Translations under genes and position numbers: made by a program
Part shown: in pieces, positions 60,432 to 64,000 of the stretch
Layout: each line of letters opens with the position of its first letter
Numbering within the stretch: the stretch's first letter is position 1
The notes under the pieces: generated by a model
What the model was told of the DNA's origin: nothing
Database searches by the model: none
What the model saw: only the letters and a program-made list of their open reading frames with translations
Assembly (NCBI GenBank): GCA_963811205.1
Contig: CAWEQJ010000003.1
Span: 11,223-75,222 of the forward strand
Direction: 5' to 3'
Length of the DNA stretch: 64,000 bases
From: an uncultured Thermoleophilaceae bacterium
GTDB taxonomy: Bacteria; Actinomycetota; Thermoleophilia; Solirubrobacterales; Thermoleophilaceae

Positions 60432-60460
60432 AGTATGGCGCGGATCAGGACATATGTCAA
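60432..60460 (-). promoter_or_regulatory. Predicted promoter of the XRE-ImmA operon, overlapped by the palindrome TGTCAATATCGCTGACA (60455-60471)
   Basis: On the minus strand: TTGACA (60460-60455), a 17-nt spacer, CATACT (60437-60432), 7 nt, then GTG 60424. The TGTCA-N7-TGACA inverted repeat covers the -35. Confidence 0.45.
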
Positions 60461-60512
60461 TATCGCTGACAGTTTGCGAAGTTGACGTCGGCTACTGCAC
60501 GCGACACAGTCA

Positions 60513-60541
60513 TTGACATCACCCCCCAGCTTCGGTACGGT
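60513..60541 (+). promoter_or_regulatory. Predicted promoter of the Ubl-E2-E1 operon
   Basis: TTGACA (60513-18), a 17-nt spacer, TACGGT (60536-41, TANNNT). The small palindrome GTCATTGAC (60509-17) overlaps the -35. RBS AAGGAG is at 60566-71. Confidence 0.4.
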
Positions 60542-60580
60542 GGGGTTTGTCAGATCGCCATTGAGAAGGAGATGATGTCA

Positions 60581-60864
60581 ATGTCGCAAACATCCGCAGA
60601 GCCGACGACCCATCCCTCCAACGGGGGCCGCCACGGGGTGACCGTGAAGGTGAACAACAAGCCGGTGGTTATTTCACGCCGCCGGGTGACCGGTCTGCAG
60701 ATCAAGGAGGCGGCAATAGCGCAGGGCGTAGAGATCGAGCTCGACTTCATCCTCACGCTCGAGGCGCGCGGCGGCAAGCCAGCGGAGACGACGACGACGA
60801 TCAGACGATCACCATCACGAAGCATTCAGAGTTCATCGCGAACGACGGAGACGACGACTCGTAA
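60581..60864 (+). pseudogene. Multiubiquitin-type ubiquitin-like (beta-grasp) protein, with one apparent frameshift at about 60783
   Basis: HGVTVKVNNKPVVISRRRVTGLQIKEAAIAQGVEIELDFILTLEARGGKPA continues in the next frame, through a (GAC)n run, as GDDDDDQTITITKHSEFIANDGDDDS*. ATGs are at 60572, 60575 and 60581. The TAA at 60862-64 abuts the next ATG. Confidence 0.65.
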
Positions 60865-61281
60865 ATGAAGGTCACCGTCGTCGCGGCGATCAAAGAGATC
60901 TCCGATGCACGGGTCGGCACTGACGTCCGGACGAAGGAGGACGCCGACGGCGGGGCTTACGTGATCGTGGACGGGATACGCGTCGGGGCGTCGTTCTCGC
61001 CCTCGACCGCCTGGATCGGCTTCCACATCGTCTGGGCCTACCCGGATGCAGACGTGTATCCCCACTTCGCCGACGCGAGCCTCAAGTACGTCGGCGCCAA
61101 CTCGACGCCCAACCAGTACCCCGAAGGCAATCTGCCCAGCGCGATGACCCGCGGCGCGACGATGCCTGGCTTCGAGGTGCCGGCGATCCAGATCTCGCGC
61201 AAGTCGAATCGCCGCAACGCGGAAACCGACTCCGCGCTCCGGAAGCTATTGCGAATCATTGAGTTCTTGAGGACGCGCTAA
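60865..61281 (+). CDS. Prokaryotic E2/UBC-like protein without any cysteine
   Basis: Intact 138 aa. WIGFHIVWAYPDADVYPHFAD...QYPEGNLP...AIQISRKSNRR fits my recollection of the Prok-E2 families that sit next to multiubiquitin and JAB-E1 genes. It is wedged between the Ubl and the E1 by TAAATG and TAATG junctions. Confidence 0.55.
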   Translation: MKVTVVAAIKEISDARVGTDVRTKEDADGGAYVIVDGIRVGASFSPSTAWIGFHIVWAYPDADVYPHFADASLKYVGANSTPNQYPEGNLPSAMTRGATMPGFEVPAIQISRKSNRRNAETDSALRKLLRIIEFLRTR

Positions 61282-62720
61282 TGCAGCAGTGGACCCTGAG
61301 GTTCGAGGAACTCATGTACGAACGGCTATGCGCCCACCTCTTCCCCGGTGACAACGACGAACATGGGGCTGTAGTCGCTGCCGGAATCGTGTCCACCGAG
61401 CGCGGGACACGGTTGCTCGCGCGCGACCTCTTTCTCGCGGAGGACGGGGTTGACTTCGTGGCGGGCGTGCGGGGATACCGACGGCTGACCCCCCAATTCG
61501 TCCGCGAGCGAATCCGGTTCTGCCGCGACGAACGGCTCACTATCTCGCCATCCATAACCACGGCGGGGCCAACTCGGTCGCGTTCAGCGAGCCCGACATG
61601 CGCTCCCACGAGCGCGGCTACCCCGCACTCCTCGATATCTCCGATCAGCCGGTGGGAGCGCTTGTCTTGGCCAAGAACTCCCTGGCCGGTGACATCTGGA
61701 CAGCGGACCGTCGACGTCGGTCGATCAGCGAGACGGTGGTGGTGGGCCGGAATCTGCACCGCGTCTATCCAGAACCGCCGGCGCCGCCGCCGAAGGCGGA
61801 TCCGACCTATGACCGGCTGGTCCGGTGGTTCGGCGAGCGGGGCCGCGATTTGCTGGCGACGATGAAGATCGGCGTGGTCGGCGCTGGCGGGGTCGGCCTA
61901 CCGGTCGTCACGATGCTGAGTCGGCTTGGGGTAGGGGAGTTAGTTGTGATCGATCCGGACCGGATCGATCCCACCAACCTTCCGCGCATGCCAGAAGCCC
62001 GTCGGCTCGATGCATTGATGCCGCTGCGGAGGATCCCGGGCGGGGCGCCGCTCGCTGATCGATTGTCAACCCGAAAAATTCGTCTCGCCCGCCGCGCAGC
62101 TCGACGGGCCAATCCGAAGATCCGCTTCAAGGGATTCCCAACCAACGTCGTCGAGCCCCGGGCGGCGTTCGAGCTCGTCGACTGCGACTACATATTCCTC
62201 GCCGCAGATGGGCACCTGGCTCGAATGCTGGTGAACGCCGTGGCGCACCAGTTCCTGATTCCCGCCGTGCAGCTCGGCACCCGGATCGACGTTGACCGGA
62301 ACTCGGGGGCTGTCGGAGATATCCGCACGAACGTCCGGCCGATCCTTCCTGGCAGCGGCTGCCTTCGCTGCAACGGCCTGATCTCGGCCGCCAAACTCCA
62401 AGAGGAGGCGACCGCCCCTCGGGAGCGGGAGCGGAATCGGATACGTGGAGGAAATTCCCGCCCCGAGCGTGATCACGTTCAACACCTGGGCAGCCTCGCA
62501 GGCAGCGTCAGACTTCCTGCTCAGCGTCGGCGAATTCCTGGAACCAGCAGCGCCGATCGACTATCTGCGATCGCGGCCGCGACTGCGCAAGGTCGAGCCG
62601 GTCAGACCAGTCGCCAACAAGCCACGATGCCGCGACTGCGGATCCGAATCGAGTAGCCGCAGAGCGCGCGGACAAGGTGTCGAGCTGCCGCTCCCAGAGC
62701 GGCGGGCGGGTCAACGATGA
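61281..62720 (+). pseudogene. JAB/MPN (JAMM) peptidase domain fused to a ThiF/E1-like adenylyltransferase, with two apparent frameshifts (about 61540 and about 62440)
   Basis: The N-terminus has NDEHGAVVAAG (JAMM Glu) and, after a frame change, YLAIHNHGGANSVAFSEPD (HxH...SxxD). The E1 part has MKIGVVGAGGVGLPVVTMLSRLGVGELVVIDPDRIDPTNLPR, DYIFLAADGH, CLRC...CRDC (two CxxC pairs) and EEIPAPSVITFNTWAASQAASDFLL. Confidence 0.75.
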
Positions 62721-62775
62721 GATCGACGAATGCGCAGGATAGGAGTGCCCATTCACCAGCACCCACGCCCGAGCG

Positions 62776-63342
62776 CTAAGGCTCGATGCCCAGTTCCCTT
62801 AAAGAGACGGCTGTCTGGACTAGGCCTGCGTGCTCGATGTTGTCCAGGTACTCCGTGATGGTCACGGGCGGATTGCGAAGCCGTGCGACCACCCTGCGGG
62901 CGGCGCTGATCACTAGGCCTGGGTGCAGGTCGACGGCGTGGTGGATGAAAACGTCGGCTCGTTGAGCTTCGATTCCGTACGGCTCGAGTTTGTCAGCGGG
63001 GAAGTCCTTGATGTTCTCGGTGACAATTACGTCCGCCTTGGCGACGATGGCAGCGGCGAGAACGTGCCGGTCGTCGGGGTCGGGAAGCTCGAGCGAGTCC
63101 ACGAGGCTCATGTGGCCCTCGACCAGGACATCGGGAATGGCCTCTCTCATGAGCTGTTTGCTGCGCTCGAGTTGTTTCGGATCGAGGTCCTTCCGCGCGT
63201 CGAGGATGTTGCGGAAGACCTCGTCAAGGATCTCTTCGGTGTAGCGGGCGCGGAACTCGCCGGCGAGTCCCATCTCGAGTAGCAGGTCGCGGATGGTTGC
63301 CGGGTACAGGACACACGCGTCGTAGACGGCGGTGAACGCCAC
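62776..63342 (-). CDS. PIN-domain toxin
   Basis: Intact 188 aa. The N-terminal AVYDACVLY supplies the first acidic residue, followed by DDRHVLAAAIVAKADVIVTENIKDF. Confidence 0.75.
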   Translation of the reverse strand: MAFTAVYDACVLYPATIRDLLLEMGLAGEFRARYTEEILDEVFRNILDARKDLDPKQLERSKQLMREAIPDVLVEGHMSLVDSLELPDPDDRHVLAAAIVAKADVIVTENIKDFPADKLEPYGIEAQRADVFIHHAVDLHPGLVISAARRVVARLRNPPVTITEYLDNIEHAGLVQTAVSLRELGIEP

Positions 63343-63348
63343 TCGCGC

Positions 63349-63795
63349 TTAGTAGCCGAGGCCGAGCTCTTGCGCCTCGTCAGCGAGCTGCTGCATGACC
63401 TCGGCGCGCTGAGCATCGTCGCGGCGCTTGTATTCGAGAAGATCGCTGAGGACGATCCGCCGGTGCGTGCCGACCTTGTGAGCCGGCAGCTTCTTGTCCT
63501 CGATCAGTTGGACCACGTAGGGTCGAGACACGTTCAACAGCTCGGCGGCCTGTTGGGTGCTGAGTTCCGCGTGTTTGGGCATCACGACGATCCCGTCGCC
63601 GTTGGCAAGATGCGCGAGGATGTCGATGAAAAGGCGGAACGCCGGAGCGGGGACCATGACCGCTTCGCCTTCAGGGGTGCACAGCTGGACCGTGGAAGCT
63701 TGCTCCTGAAGGAGACCGACGAGCGCCCGGGCAGCGTCGGCCGCCTCGGCGGTTTGTTCCTGCGGCAGTGCGGTGGGGTCAAGTGTCGCTGTCAT
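63349..63795 (-). CDS. Excisionase-type (MerR-like) HTH antitoxin partner of the PIN protein
   Basis: Intact 148 aa. LSTQQAAELLNVSRPYVVQLIEDKKLPAHKVGTHRRI. It lies 6 nt upstream of the PIN gene. Confidence 0.7.
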   Translation of the reverse strand: MTATLDPTALPQEQTAEAADAARALVGLLQEQASTVQLCTPEGEAVMVPAPAFRLFIDILAHLANGDGIVVMPKHAELSTQQAAELLNVSRPYVVQLIEDKKLPAHKVGTHRRIVLSDLLEYKRRDDAQRAEVMQQLADEAQELGLGY

Positions 63796-64000
63796 ACGTC
63801 CCTCCGGTTCTTCGTCCTGGCTCAGTATATCGACAAACGAAATAAATGCAATAGCCGAAATGGACGAAACTACGAGCTTCCGACCGTCTTCGCATCGCGC
63901 GAAAGCGCGTGTCGCATGCCCACTGTGGCGCTACGCGATGAATCGATCTGTGCCCTCGGCGTCGCGTGCGGCCTCAATTGCGGCCTCGGCTGGTGTCCGC

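Larger units (their letters stand above)
58410..64000. other. Lower-GC accessory (probable defence) island abutting the 3' end of tRNA-Thr and running off the window
   Basis: Hand counts give 48-60% GC for lines at 59581, 60481 and 60541, against a visibly higher GC upstream. The content is XRE/ImmA, a Ubl-E2-E1/JAB cassette and a PIN toxin-antitoxin pair. No integrase or att repeat is visible inside the window. Confidence 0.5.

Noticed and set aside
63931-64000. The 3' end of a minus-strand ORF (...RTPAEAAIEAARDAEGTDRFIA*) at the window edge
   Set aside because: Only about 23 codons are visible. That is too short to support a call.
58410-64000. Calling the island an integrative element or prophage (mobile_element)
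   Set aside because: No recombinase, att duplication or transfer genes are visible in the window. It is therefore reported only as a compositional or accessory island.

Overview
High-GC (roughly 70% or more by eye) actinobacterial-type chromosome segment. The protein flavour suggests Thermoleophilia/Solirubrobacterales, but that is inference only. About 65 genes are packed tightly, and many stop/start codons overlap (ATGA, GTGA, TAATG).

Main content, in order:
- Nitrogen block: amt, glnA and a PucR-type regulator.
- A secreted trypsin-like protease.
- typA and a ycaQ-like glycosylase.
- A stand-alone holin-like gene plus a multidomain peptidoglycan hydrolase.
- An oxidoreductase cluster (PoxB-like, enolase-superfamily, GMC).
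- A contiguous respiratory supercluster, ctaC-ctaD-ctaE-orf-qcrC-qcrA-qcrB.
- An MMPL transporter.
- nrdR-nrdJ with tandem NrdR boxes.
- tmk-holB.
- A GAF-PAS-GGDEF-EAL protein.
- tRNA-Thr(CGU).

Directly after the tRNA, GC drops (about 48-60% in lines I counted by hand) and an accessory island begins. It holds:
- A 327-aa hypothetical protein.
- An XRE/ImmA (CapH/CapP-like) regulator pair.
- Divergent from that pair, a three-gene ubiquitin-like conjugation cassette: a multiubiquitin-type Ubl, a cysteine-free E2-like protein, and a JAB::E1 fusion.
- A PIN/HTH toxin-antitoxin pair.

This cassette is the most interesting system in the window.

Caveat: 16 genes, many of them essential (glnA, typA, qcrABC, ctaE, nrdJ, tmk), have reading frames broken by apparent single-base indels clustered in blocks. 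I read this as assembly or sequencing error, not decay. I label them 'pseudogene' only because the sequence as given is disrupted. Their ends and internal shift points are approximate.

All calls come from reading the translations and the DNA by eye. No searches were run.
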